From assembly GCA_965208675.1 (NCBI GenBank), contig OZ242351.1:3424001-3488000 (forward strand): a stretch of DNA of 64,000 nucleotides. The letters run 5' to 3'. This document shows, piece by piece, positions 1 through 9,702 of the stretch. Position 1 is the stretch's first letter. Each line of letters opens with the position of its first letter. A program made the position numbers and the translations under genes. This stretch comes from Candidatus Poribacteria bacterium (lineage in GTDB: Bacteria; Poribacteria; WGA-4E; PCPOR2b). The notes beneath the pieces are model-generated. The model was not told the DNA's origin. It saw only the letters and a program-made list of their open reading frames with translations, and did no database searches.

Positions 1-365
1 CCTTGAGGCAATCCAGTTATTTCGCTGTGTGACGGGTCAGCTTCAAATTCGTCCTCCGCATCCAAAGGCTTATGAATGAAGCGAAGTCCCTCAAATACTG
101 TGCGAACGTACTGTTTTGTTGCGCCGATGTTAAGCTCAGCTAGACGACCACGTTCTCTCATCTTCAGCCGCGCTAGCCTCCTCACTTCAGCGAGTTGTTC
201 CTCTTTTGTACAGTTGGGAAAGCACTCAAGCCAATTAACCGACAAGCCGGTTTCACCGGAACGTAGACAGAATGCCGCCCCTGTCACCTTTCCGTCTGTG
301 CGGATGCTTGTAGGTTTTGCATATCGAACGATATGGTGGTCATCCGGTAAGTCAGCGCCAGTCAT
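1..365 (-). CDS. Putative ADP-ribosyltransferase-like toxin (runs off the window start; absent from the ORF track)
   Basis: Hand translation from ATG 365 (ATGA overlap with the upstream stop): MTGADLPDDHHIVRYAKP...GETGLSVNWLE...DPSHSEITGLPQ, open to position 1. The R...GLSV...H pattern resembles ART-fold (RES/Tse2-like) toxins. Confidence 0.55.
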   Translation of the reverse strand, partial: MTGADLPDDHHIVRYAKPTSIRTDGKVTGAAFCLRSGETGLSVNWLECFPNCTKEEQLAEVRRLARLKMRERGRLAELNIGATKQYVRTVFEGLRFIHKPLDAEDEFEADPSHSEITGLPQ

Positions 366-1033
366 ACTTGGAGAAGTGATTCAAGGTCAAAAGTACGCAA
401 CTGCTGTTTAACTCCGTCAAAAGTATCCTGCCCAGCCACACGCGAAATATGATTGGTACCTTTTCTTCGACGGAAGATCACATATTGCAGAATACGGTCC
501 CCCAGAAATTGAATACCGAAGTGATTGCCATCTTCATCGTCCCAAATGACACGCAGGTTGCTATTGTCCAAGAGTACCACTTCAGCCTTGGAAGCAAAAG
601 GCACAGATATTATGAATGACCAGAAGTCAATCTCGGACCTCTCATTTACAGTGAAGCCGTCAATCTCTGCATCGCTGCGTAGGTCTTCGATTCGAAGTCT
701 ATAGGTCTGGTGATTCTGCTGCGTCTTTCTTGCTTTATCCGCGATTTCCTCCATGTATTGATTCGATACATCAATCTTGTCGACCGACTCTATACTGGGG
801 TAAACGTAAGCTGATAGGTGGCTGGTGGATGGCTTTGAGAATACACGGAAAATACCCTCGGACATATCGGGCGAGGTAGTTGCTATATGTGATTGCTCCG
901 TTTGGGAGATAGTATAGTCTACCTGCGGTTGAAACATATTGTATTTGGAGTAGAAGGTGGAAGTTGAACCAACCATTGGCAGCAGTGGAAACAGCGAATG
1001 GCTTGGAGCAAAAACATTCACCTGGGCGTTCAT
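362..1033 (-). CDS. Hypothetical protein (223 aa), middle gene of the TIGR04255 triad, candidate antitoxin
   Basis: ORF 362..1099; the likely start is ATG 1033, which overlaps the upstream stop (ATGA) and follows GGAGG. Ser/Thr-rich N-half, folded-looking C-half. Confidence 0.6.
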   Translation of the reverse strand: MNAQVNVFAPSHSLFPLLPMVGSTSTFYSKYNMFQPQVDYTISQTEQSHIATTSPDMSEGIFRVFSKPSTSHLSAYVYPSIESVDKIDVSNQYMEEIADKARKTQQNHQTYRLRIEDLRSDAEIDGFTVNERSEIDFWSFIISVPFASKAEVVLLDNSNLRVIWDDEDGNHFGIQFLGDRILQYVIFRRRKGTNHISRVAGQDTFDGVKQQLRTFDLESLLQV

Positions 1034-1824
1034 TTCATTTCCTCCGTTCGTTTCCAAAAGCGATGTTGAATTTCTGCGCTTGTCATACCAACAAAGCATC
1101 TTTTAATGTGGTCATGGGCGTGCTTGAACCATTCATCTGTGGCTGGTTTTCCAACTTTTCCAAGGCGGCCGCTCGCTTTGATTTCGAGTATCAGTACAGG
1201 GACCTCCGGTTGCTGTGTCATGGTGGCAGCGCAAATGCCAACATTAAGCTGTAGATCGGTTGCAATCTTGTAGGCGTAATTACAATTGAACCCAGCAAGT
1301 TCGAAAGCGTTGATGTCAGGATCCAAAATCGAGAAAGAGGGGATGACATTTGCGGTGTCTTGTGGCCCTGACCAGAACTCACTGGGTTCTAGGGCATTGA
1401 TATAGGTCAACTCACAAAGGTCAACAAGAAGATTTTCCACGGACCTAAATTCTGTTCGGATAAACTCGCTGAATAAGCCATAGTATTTATCAAATGTAGG
1501 CTTGATGTGCCTGTGGAAACGGGGGTAATCCTCGTCTCTGCGACGCCAATTAAACATGAAAGCATTTTTCTGTATTTGGATGAGATTGATGTCGTTTTCG
1601 GCGATAAACCAGTACCTTGGCATTGGGGAAGGTTCTTCAGCGGCGATCTCCAGTCCAACTCCCACCGGAAGTTGCTGGCGTACGATAGGGAATTCGCCCC
1701 TTATCCTTTCCCAGAAAAGACCAACATGCTCGTTACGAAAGTTTGACAACGGTGGATTAAAGTACGTAGACATCACAACTTCATTTACTGGTGGATTATC
1801 GAAGGCTATAATCTGTGACTTCAT
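1030..1824 (-). CDS. TIGR04255 family protein
   Basis: N-terminal FDNPPVNEVV..YF, GLFWERIR, PRYWF, LIQIQ..F.FNWR..YPRF and LTYIN motifs typical of TIGR04255. Confidence 0.75.
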   Translation of the reverse strand: MKSQIIAFDNPPVNEVVMSTYFNPPLSNFRNEHVGLFWERIRGEFPIVRQQLPVGVGLEIAAEEPSPMPRYWFIAENDINLIQIQKNAFMFNWRRRDEDYPRFHRHIKPTFDKYYGLFSEFIRTEFRSVENLLVDLCELTYINALEPSEFWSGPQDTANVIPSFSILDPDINAFELAGFNCNYAYKIATDLQLNVGICAATMTQQPEVPVLILEIKASGRLGKVGKPATDEWFKHAHDHIKRCFVGMTSAEIQHRFWKRTEEMK

Positions 1825-2083
1825 TAGAGTCCTTAATCCTTATACTCCTAACAATACCTATGGCGGTTCTATGTTAAATTCTCAAGATTGCGATGTGTTC
1901 TTTTTGGAGTTTTGGGAGTCATGTCCAATGGTTTAACCGAAAATCGTCAAGTGCTTCACTGATACTACCTTGCGCTGTATGATTCCACCCATTACATCAG
2001 AGTTTGTTGCTCCAATTGTCTATTTTGTCAGTAGCAATAGGGGATGTTGTAAATAAGCGATTCACCAAAACACAGTTTAGGTA

Positions 2084-2527
2084 TTAAGAGGTTGGGCGGT
2101 TTATTTTAGGGCGCAGCAGATGGATTCCCATTGCACCGTTCAACACCGGGAGCAGCGCATCGAAGAATGTCCACACCAGCGAACGGACATCTGCGCTGAC
2201 CGCGGTAAAATCTTTTGCAGCCTTGCTGATGCCGAACCAGTTCCAGAAAAAGAGTATGGCAGCGAACACGAACCCGTAGAACAGCGCGTTGGCTGCGATG
2301 AACTCTTTAACGCCCGGATTCTCGCGGGTGCGGCGCATGCGAAGGTATCCGAATTCCAAACCTACAATTATAGAGATTGCGGAGAGCGGGTCAATAATTT
2401 TCCAGATGCGGCTGTACGGATGATCGCTTGAGGACGTGTGGTAGATTGGCTCAACAATGGTGTGGATGGCGACGATGGCTCCAATTAGAATGAGAACTAC
2501 GCCAAAGAACCGCTTGAGTCCTTCCAT
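2084..2527 (-). CDS. Four-TM membrane protein (paralog A)
   Basis: Four hydrophobic segments; closely similar to 2911..3345 (AIVAIHT.EP, EFIAAN.LFYGF, LFFWNWFGIS, FTAVSADVRS). Confidence 0.75.
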   Translation of the reverse strand: MEGLKRFFGVVLILIGAIVAIHTIVEPIYHTSSSDHPYSRIWKIIDPLSAISIIVGLEFGYLRMRRTRENPGVKEFIAANALFYGFVFAAILFFWNWFGISKAAKDFTAVSADVRSLVWTFFDALLPVLNGAMGIHLLRPKINRPTS

Positions 2528-2910
2528 GTAAAATTTTTCCTCATTAACGCTCGATTCAGCAATCCTGGCTGAAGTTGGTGGGTAGGCTTTTGAGGTTCAA
2601 TCCTGAAGATTACCCCGATTTTCGGATTGCACGCTTCAATCCGTAGAGATGCGGAGGGCACAGAGACAATCTTCTCTGCGCCCTCACGTATTTGTTTCTT
2701 GGTTGGGAACGGGGATTCACATTCCCGACACGCGCTACCTTTTCTGGCGCACAACTAATCAAGGCGGCGGTTCAGGTTAGGAAGTAGTGTGGATTAATGA
2801 AAGGCTGTGCTTGTTCAGTTGTGACCATCCCAATACATACGGATTTTGCGTTCTGCAGCACAAACGTATGGTAAGCACCGGTTTTGATGACGGGTCACAA
2901 ACGGTGTTGG

Positions 2911-3345
2911 CTATTCGCTGGCGCTGGAGCGCAACAGGTGGAGGCCCATCGCACCGCTCAACAGTGGGAATAGGGCATCGAAGAAAATCCATACGATCGA
3001 CCGGACATCGGCACTGACTGCAGTAAATTCTTTCCCGACGCCGCTGATGCCGAACCAGTTCCAGAAAAAGAGTATGCCTGCGAACAGAAATCCGTAGAAT
3101 AGCGTGTTCGCCGCGATGAACTCTGGACCGCTCGCATTTTCGCCGGCACGTCTCATGCGGCAACAGCCGAATATCAACCCCAGGATAATGGCAACCGCAG
3201 TAAGCGGGTTGATTATACCCCAAGTTGAACTGTACGGGTTCGCATCGGTGGAGGTGTAATAAACCGGTTCAATAACCGTGTGGATGGCAACGATTGCCGC
3301 AATTAGGATGTGAACAACACCTACAATTTGCTTGAAGACGTTCAT
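2911..3345 (-). CDS. Four-TM membrane protein (paralog B)
   Basis: AGGAGG RBS; tandem paralog of 2084..2527. Confidence 0.8.
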   Translation of the reverse strand: MNVFKQIVGVVHILIAAIVAIHTVIEPVYYTSTDANPYSSTWGIINPLTAVAIILGLIFGCCRMRRAGENASGPEFIAANTLFYGFLFAGILFFWNWFGISGVGKEFTAVSADVRSIVWIFFDALFPLLSGAMGLHLLRSSASE

Positions 3346-3574
3346 GGCAATGTCCTCCTATTTGTTTGTCGGTTTCAGTTAAATCCTGTCCCAAGAAACG
3401 AAACACCGTATATCATATCATACACCCGCAAAAAATCAACGAAAATGTTACGGAACAATTTGCTCAACTGTCAAGTTATTCCAATGGGAGAAATGGGTAA
3501 TGAGTAATGAGTAAAGAAAAATGCGTAATGAGAAAAAGTGGTAAATCAGATTCTGACCGTTCAAAAGGGTTGCG

Positions 3575-3954
3575 CAGTAAATCACAGCGAACCGATAACG
3601 TTGTGAATTTATTTCGCGGCAAAAGAGGGTCGGGACGTCATATAGAGATTGATGTTCTTGCGCCCTCCAATTAGGTTTTCATGTCATTGAACGCACAATT
3701 CGGAAGTGTAAAACCCCACCTTCGAACGCAATCCCGTTCTGCTGCGAGATTACGACTCCGCCGTAGACAATAACTTCGGCCCTTCTTTGCTCAAGGTTTC
3801 CCATGCCAGCCGAATCTGTGCATCATTCACCTGCACCGAGACGCATACGAAAAAATGGTTGCGCAAACGCGGTGTGGAATGGTAAAACTTAACGAGAGGC
3901 ATAGGTAAATTTCACAGTAATTCACAGTAAATTGATTGTGTTGTGAATTTATTT
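3575..3954. promoter_or_regulatory. Two palindromic operator-like sites TCACA-N15-TGTGAATTT (3575-3614 and 3915-3954) in a divergent intergenic region
   Basis: cagtaaatcacag..ttgtgaatttattt and cagtaattcacag..ttgtgaatttattt, with identical 15-nt spacing, 340 bp apart. Confidence 0.5.
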
Positions 3955-4045
3955 TAAGATAATAAAGGGGCGGAAAGTCAGTCTGTGACTGAATTTCGTA
4001 CGGTTGAGGCAAATGAAGCACAAAAATCTACTGTGAAAAAACTTT

Positions 4046-5011
4046 ATGTTTCAAAGAGGAGAATGGGAAGGAAAGATGACGGAAAAAAGAGCAGGAGCTA
4101 CGCTGTTGGCGGAAATTCGCGGAGAGAGATCGAGTGAGGAATATGATGAATTCAAGACGGATGTACGCGAGTTAATTGAGACGTTGAGCGGTTACGAACT
4201 TGTCGATGCGGTTATTAGCAGGGTCAACCAGTTTGTTGAAGATGAGGTAGAGAGGCTTATGGCACACGGCGAAAATCCGAGAGATCAGTATTTTATAGAC
4301 GGTTTTCGAGCAATCATCCGCTTCGAACTGACAGAGTGCATCTCGCATTTTGTGTCAGACGCGCATCGTGAGTTTGTGGTTTGCGCTCATGCACGGGGGT
4401 TATCTACGTCCGCCGCAGTTTCAGAGTTGATTGAGGGGGACGAGACGATTCATCGTTTGGCGGAAGGGGATGCTTTGGGACATATGGAACTTCAACGAGT
4501 CTTGGTTCTTCGGATGGCGTATCTGAAACCGGGGACAGCGCGGTGGCCCGAGAAAAAATACGGCGCGGTTTGGCGAGAAGCACGGGCAGCATATAAACAA
4601 GCGGTGACCGATTACCCGTTAATGACTAAGGGTGAACAAGCGGCGCTTATAGCCAAACATGCAGAGCGCATTGATTATGCATTGGAAACGAAACGTCTTG
4701 AACCGAAAGACTTTCAAGTGCTGACGAACACGTTAATGCAAACGTTGGAGAGACTTAATAAGCTGACTGAGGAAAAAGAGCGGACGGAAGAGGCGCTTTC
4801 TCATCCCCAGCTTTTTGCGGTATTGGAGCGGCTGACGCTTGCATTGAGAAAACCTGATGAGATTCCGATTGGAAGTGAGGCGGAAGCTCTAGCGGGGATT
4901 CTTGAACGAATGGCGCTTGCATTGAAACAGCCCGATCAGAAGACGGTAGGCATCGGACCAACTGCGCTGCCTGCGCGCGGGGATGGTGAGAAGAAGGATT
5001 CAGGCTCGTAG
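4046..5011 (+). CDS. DUF2280-like (phage-associated) domain protein
   Basis: Central FVVCAHARGLSTSAAVSEL...YLKPGT..WPEKKY..VWREAR..Y...VTDYPL pattern resembles DUF2280; helical extensions on both sides. Confidence 0.5.
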   Translation: MFQRGEWEGKMTEKRAGATLLAEIRGERSSEEYDEFKTDVRELIETLSGYELVDAVISRVNQFVEDEVERLMAHGENPRDQYFIDGFRAIIRFELTECISHFVSDAHREFVVCAHARGLSTSAAVSELIEGDETIHRLAEGDALGHMELQRVLVLRMAYLKPGTARWPEKKYGAVWREARAAYKQAVTDYPLMTKGEQAALIAKHAERIDYALETKRLEPKDFQVLTNTLMQTLERLNKLTEEKERTEEALSHPQLFAVLERLTLALRKPDEIPIGSEAEALAGILERMALALKQPDQKTVGIGPTALPARGDGEKKDSGS

Positions 5012-5170
5012 CAGAGAAACTTAACATATATTAAGTATATTTATTGCCGTAGGGATACTTGGTGGGAATCGTGCGGTTAGCAGTATGCGTTAGGAAGGAA
5101 GGCGTTTCTATATTGCAAATCTTTTTGGTAAACGACGCTCGTCAGAATTTATTACTTCATCAAAGCGCGC

Positions 5171-5461
5171 CTACAAGGAGCGTTTATGGAGTGCTGTTTG
5201 GGTATTACTTTGGCGTGAGTAGGTTGCCCATAATGATTTTGGTTTGTCAACGGACAGTCCGACGTTACCACATCCGCCGCAAACCGTGGCTCTCAGTTTT
5301 GCTGTGCGGGCTTGCTTGAAGATTAGGGCGTCAGGATTCCCCTGCACTTCAACTTCTAGGTCCTTTGCCGAGCCTACGGCGTCGCTGTGATCCCGAATCC
5401 TCAAGTTGTGCATGATATCCTCGGAACCGCACCTAGGACACTTAATTTTCGCCATTGACAT
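5171..5461 (-). CDS. Small zinc-ribbon protein
   Basis: CPRC ... CGGC motifs; AGGAGG RBS. Confidence 0.7.
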   Translation of the reverse strand: MSMAKIKCPRCGSEDIMHNLRIRDHSDAVGSAKDLEVEVQGNPDALIFKQARTAKLRATVCGGCGNVGLSVDKPKSLWATYSRQSNTQTALHKRSL

Positions 5462-5973
5462 TTGCCTCCTTATCTATTGGGCTGGTGTGCATTATGTGAC
5501 AGACGATTCTTAGATTTCAGCGGTGTAGGTTGGGGGTTCACTGGATTTGGGAAATATCAATCAGACTCCATCTCGGAAATATAAGTGGTATGCGTGGTTT
5601 GTTTGATGGGTGTGGTTCGACGTAATCTACCCACCAAAATGGTCTTGATAAATTTCTTGATGTTTGTTATAATTAGAATCGTGGCTAGGGACAAAATTCG
5701 GCTCCATGCCGTGTGATTGTCGGGCTGCGGTTCGCTCAATCCTATATGCCTAGCTATTTAATTGCGTATCTCCCCTCCAAAGCCGCCGCATTGAGCGGTT
5801 TTTTTGTGTGTAATACACGCCATAACCTGCCTCACGTCTATCATGGATGTCCTACACCAACCGAAACGTCCGCCACAAATATCTTACATACCGTTCTTCG
5901 CCGCGTTCATAAAGCCTTTGTAGCGCCCAGACGAAATAATCTACAGCTTGTAAGTCAGCTTGTTCCAGCTGTT

Positions 5974-6058
5974 GTAGGTTGCGTTGAGCCAACTGCGAAA
6001 CCCAACGCTTTTGAAACTGCCAGACGACAGAAAAGCGTTGGGTTTCACTTCGTTCCAC
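5974..6058. repeat. REP doublet (REPIN-like)
   Basis: GTAGGTTGCGTTGAGC..GCGAAACCCAACGCTTTT followed by its inverted copy AAAAGCGTTGGGTTTCAC. Confidence 0.65.
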
Positions 6059-6078
6059 TGCATCACGAGCATTATCCC

Positions 6079-9000
6079 TCAATCATCCAAATCTAACAAA
6101 TCAGATCTGCCAACGCTGAGTAGGTTTTCACGGGCGCGTTCTGCGTTTTGGCGCACCTCTTGATTGTCGCTTCCTAGCCCAGCTTTCAGGACTGTCTTTG
6201 CCTCCTCTGCATAGATATAGATGTTACCATGTCTACTTGCATCAGTTAGCTTGACGAAACACTCAATCACCCTTGCGGTGTGATCCGGAAGCAGTTTGCA
6301 CAGCACCTCCACCTGAGTAGCGATTGACAAATCTCCTGTTTGGTAGACATCAAGTACCTTAGCGTATGCATCCAGCCTCCATTCAGCTTCCAGGCACTCG
6401 GCTTCCAACCAGCCGGTAAACTGCTGAAGTTCTAACGGGTCTTTTTCTGCTAACCGCCAGTCAAAAAAGGCAATGATTCTATCTTTCAAATCTTTAGGTA
6501 GTTGCTCAGTATTCACCAGAAGGTCACCAACATAGTAAAATAGATTCGCCCAATGTTCTCGTTCGTCCGCCGTTAATTGGAAATATTGCTCAAGTGGGGA
6601 AAAGTGGTCATTGCGTCTCGCTAATCCTTTGAGCGGGTACATTCCCCACAAATAATAGTCAAACAGGTGGTGGCTAAGGCTGTCTATCAGTATTTCCTCG
6701 GGGTCATTTTGCTTTATGTGACGACCAATAATATCCAGCTCTTTTTCTTGGGAACCACCATGTTTCTTGAGGTCAGTCAGACACTGTAGCGCAAAATCAA
6801 AGTCGCCCCGAAAAATATCAAAGGTGCGCTCGAATGGGGGATTATAGTGTAAGAAGCTACTGAATGCAGCCAGCCATGCAGGCAACATGTCCTGTGGGAA
6901 AAAGTCTGATTTGTGCTCGGTCACCCATGACTCATTAAGAGTAAAGAAAAGACGATAATCTCTGCCTAGAATCGCATACTCGGGCAACGTCAAGGAATGC
7001 TCGGTTTCCGGTGCAAAGCGTTTTTCAAGTATCGCAGTTATCTCGGGTAATTCAGTCGCAGAATCATGCCTGCGTAACCAGTAACCGAATTTTGCAAGCG
7101 TCCTTAACGCGCGCCCTCGAACACTGTTGATGGCTTTATCAATTAGGTTGCCACGATACAAATTTGGATCCAGGTGCCGATCGAATTGCGTACAAAGCAT
7201 GTCTAGCAGCTTAGCAATTTGACCACGAGCGGTAACTGGTACGTCCAAATCCTTTTCGAGACAAGAATCGATAAAGTCGCCGACTATTTCTCGTGAATTG
7301 TACCAGTCAGGATTCTGTCGGGACTCATCTCCTTGTCTGCCTAGACTATAGTCGGTGTCGCTCCCTTCGTTGGGCTGTGAAAGTATCCATTCGCCAAATG
7401 TCAACCATTCGTGCAGTCTGTCGAAGTTCTTCTGTTTTACATCCGTTTGCATCCCGTCAATCATCATTCGCACGTAGATAGGCCGTGCAATTCTCCCGCA
7501 ATTGTCAATCCAAAACTGGAGTCTATTAGCATCGGGGAGGATTGATTTCGTAAAAACGGTCTGAAACGCGCGGGCGAGCCCTTCAACATTAATTTCCACA
7601 AGCGAGTTTCCTTCCGAGACTAGTTCATTCTCTTCCCATTCGTTTATGACAGAGAGTAACTCCGTGTCGGTGAGGTCGTATAGTGAGTCTATTGAGTGTG
7701 GACTGCGCCTTCCCACGGCTCCACTTTTTGTTCTAATTGGAGGATAATCCTCATCAGAAATTGGAATCGCAGATTCATTTTCCAACTCTTGAAAGTAGCT
7801 TTTATATTCACCAAACAACACCGGAACAAATGGTCTAAATTGTTTCCGATGGAAACGGCGTTGATGTTGCTTAAACTCTTCCTCGGTGAATCCATCTTTA
7901 GAGGGACCATTAAGAATGCAATCGAAGATATGTTTGCGTTTCTCTTCCGCAAGCAATGCCGTACCAAAATGTTGACAAGCGCTTTGTATCATTTGTTGAA
8001 ATTCATAACTATGCTCCCACCGATGATAATCTTCATGCGCCAGAATCATTTCGCGAATCCACGGTTTGGTTTGCTCACTTGGATATTGGGCATAAAGGTG
8101 CTGGCGCAGGCGTTTGAATATACGCCAATGCTTATTTCGTAAGGCGTCGTCCAAATCGTGAATTGAATCCGTCTCTTTTTCATAAACCGACTGACAAGCG
8201 AATGTGAGCGTGTGAACTAGTGATTTGTCAGCGGCTTCATAATCACCCTCAAATTCAACGAGCCGCTCACACCAGATTTCGGAATAGTCGAAATCTTTGT
8301 CAAATCCCTCCTGATGCGTTCGCAGACGAATCATATTGGCGGTGGCATTGATAAGAGTGCACGCAACCTTGTAAGGTTCTTTCTCGGCAAGCGGTCGAAC
8401 ACCTTTGGACATTATCTCACAGTATTCCCCGCGGTTAGTTCGAGGTGACGGCTCAAGTTGCGTCTCCGCTGCCATAGTTGCTATTGCGGCTAAATCTTGC
8501 GAGTTCTCTCCCCGCCGTTTTCGCTTGTCCTTGTCTCGAGGATCAGGCACAAACGCAACTAGTATTGTTGCAAGTTCCAATGCAGCCACCACCTGATTTT
8601 CCTTTGTCCAATGGGCTAACAAGTCCGCGTATTGATATGTCCAAACCTGATGCTCTAACTTCAGAGATTGAAGAATTTTTGGCATAAGTTTCGTAGATTC
8701 TTGCCCGTGGAGTTGCAAGGCAATTTCCAAAATGTCATCATAGACGTTAGGGTTGTCAACTTTAGGGAATCCCAATACTAGATTAGTGACTTCATCGGGG
8801 GCATGTTTGGAAATTTTTGCAAGATAGTGCAGGGGCCACCAAAAAGGAAAATTGACTCGACCTTCGCCTATTGGTTCTGCATCTGGCGGGTTATCGAAGT
8901 AACCTCTCATGTCAAGGTGGGATAACCAAGATGCATCTGCGGTCTCGGCAGCCTGCTTAAAGAAGAAAACATAGTTTGCACCTCTGCGCTCAATGAGGAA

Positions 9001-9702
9001 GAATATACGGTCTATGTCAGCCTCAGATCTGACGGTGCAATTCAAAATGGATTGAATTTCTTTCTGATCCTGAGCGGTAATGGGAGCGAGAAGGTCATAT
9101 ATTGTTCTTTCCAGGTCCTCCAAGCACCTTCTAAACTCTTTTTCATCCGGTTCGCTTTTATGGTGAGCAAAGTCTTCCAATCGCCTCCATAAATCTAGTA
9201 GTCGCTTCCGTTTCATTTCTTGAATCTCACTGCTAAAGCGATTGACCATTGGATCTATAGTCGCTACTGCTTTCCCAATCCGTTCTTTCCGATTTGGCTG
9301 CTGATTGCGCTCAAGATAAACGTCAAATTTGCTGAGGGTCTTGGCCAAATGCGCGTTAATTGTTTTGTTCTTCCAGCCTTCAGGGAAGCTTTCTTTGTCT
9401 TTCAAAAAGCGCTCGTTTAGCTGGCGTCGCATTCCCGCAAAGTCGGAATGGTATCCTTGTACATCGCTTCCCTCTATTACTCGTGGGAGTTTTTCGAGTA
9501 GTTCTCGTAGCGACTGTGCTGCTTGTGACATGCGATCAGGGTTAAAGGAGTTATCTAATGTGTAAAGAGCACCAAGGTACCAATTGCTTATTGGGTATTC
9601 TTCTGTTTCTTTATCTCTCAATATATCCAATAGCCGTTGCTGTTTAGGTGTTAGTCTCAGTGGTTCGGAAACTGTGTGATTGTCACTTGCATCCATCGTC
9701 AT
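6079..9702 (-). CDS. 1207-aa protein with an N-terminal HEPN-like domain and a long alpha-helical repeat region; candidate defence protein
   Basis: NPDRMSQAAQSLRELLEKL ... RRLEDFAHH (Rx5H); HEAT-like C-terminus; ATGA overlap with the mod stop. Confidence 0.55.
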   Translation of the reverse strand: MTMDASDNHTVSEPLRLTPKQQRLLDILRDKETEEYPISNWYLGALYTLDNSFNPDRMSQAAQSLRELLEKLPRVIEGSDVQGYHSDFAGMRRQLNERFLKDKESFPEGWKNKTINAHLAKTLSKFDVYLERNQQPNRKERIGKAVATIDPMVNRFSSEIQEMKRKRLLDLWRRLEDFAHHKSEPDEKEFRRCLEDLERTIYDLLAPITAQDQKEIQSILNCTVRSEADIDRIFFLIERRGANYVFFFKQAAETADASWLSHLDMRGYFDNPPDAEPIGEGRVNFPFWWPLHYLAKISKHAPDEVTNLVLGFPKVDNPNVYDDILEIALQLHGQESTKLMPKILQSLKLEHQVWTYQYADLLAHWTKENQVVAALELATILVAFVPDPRDKDKRKRRGENSQDLAAIATMAAETQLEPSPRTNRGEYCEIMSKGVRPLAEKEPYKVACTLINATANMIRLRTHQEGFDKDFDYSEIWCERLVEFEGDYEAADKSLVHTLTFACQSVYEKETDSIHDLDDALRNKHWRIFKRLRQHLYAQYPSEQTKPWIREMILAHEDYHRWEHSYEFQQMIQSACQHFGTALLAEEKRKHIFDCILNGPSKDGFTEEEFKQHQRRFHRKQFRPFVPVLFGEYKSYFQELENESAIPISDEDYPPIRTKSGAVGRRSPHSIDSLYDLTDTELLSVINEWEENELVSEGNSLVEINVEGLARAFQTVFTKSILPDANRLQFWIDNCGRIARPIYVRMMIDGMQTDVKQKNFDRLHEWLTFGEWILSQPNEGSDTDYSLGRQGDESRQNPDWYNSREIVGDFIDSCLEKDLDVPVTARGQIAKLLDMLCTQFDRHLDPNLYRGNLIDKAINSVRGRALRTLAKFGYWLRRHDSATELPEITAILEKRFAPETEHSLTLPEYAILGRDYRLFFTLNESWVTEHKSDFFPQDMLPAWLAAFSSFLHYNPPFERTFDIFRGDFDFALQCLTDLKKHGGSQEKELDIIGRHIKQNDPEEILIDSLSHHLFDYYLWGMYPLKGLARRNDHFSPLEQYFQLTADEREHWANLFYYVGDLLVNTEQLPKDLKDRIIAFFDWRLAEKDPLELQQFTGWLEAECLEAEWRLDAYAKVLDVYQTGDLSIATQVEVLCKLLPDHTARVIECFVKLTDASRHGNIYIYAEEAKTVLKAGLGSDNQEVRQNAERARENLLSVGRSDLLDLDD

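Noticed and set aside
76-411. Plus-strand 111-aa ORF and the many other short antisense ORFs in the track
   Set aside because: They are shadows of better-supported genes on the opposite strand.
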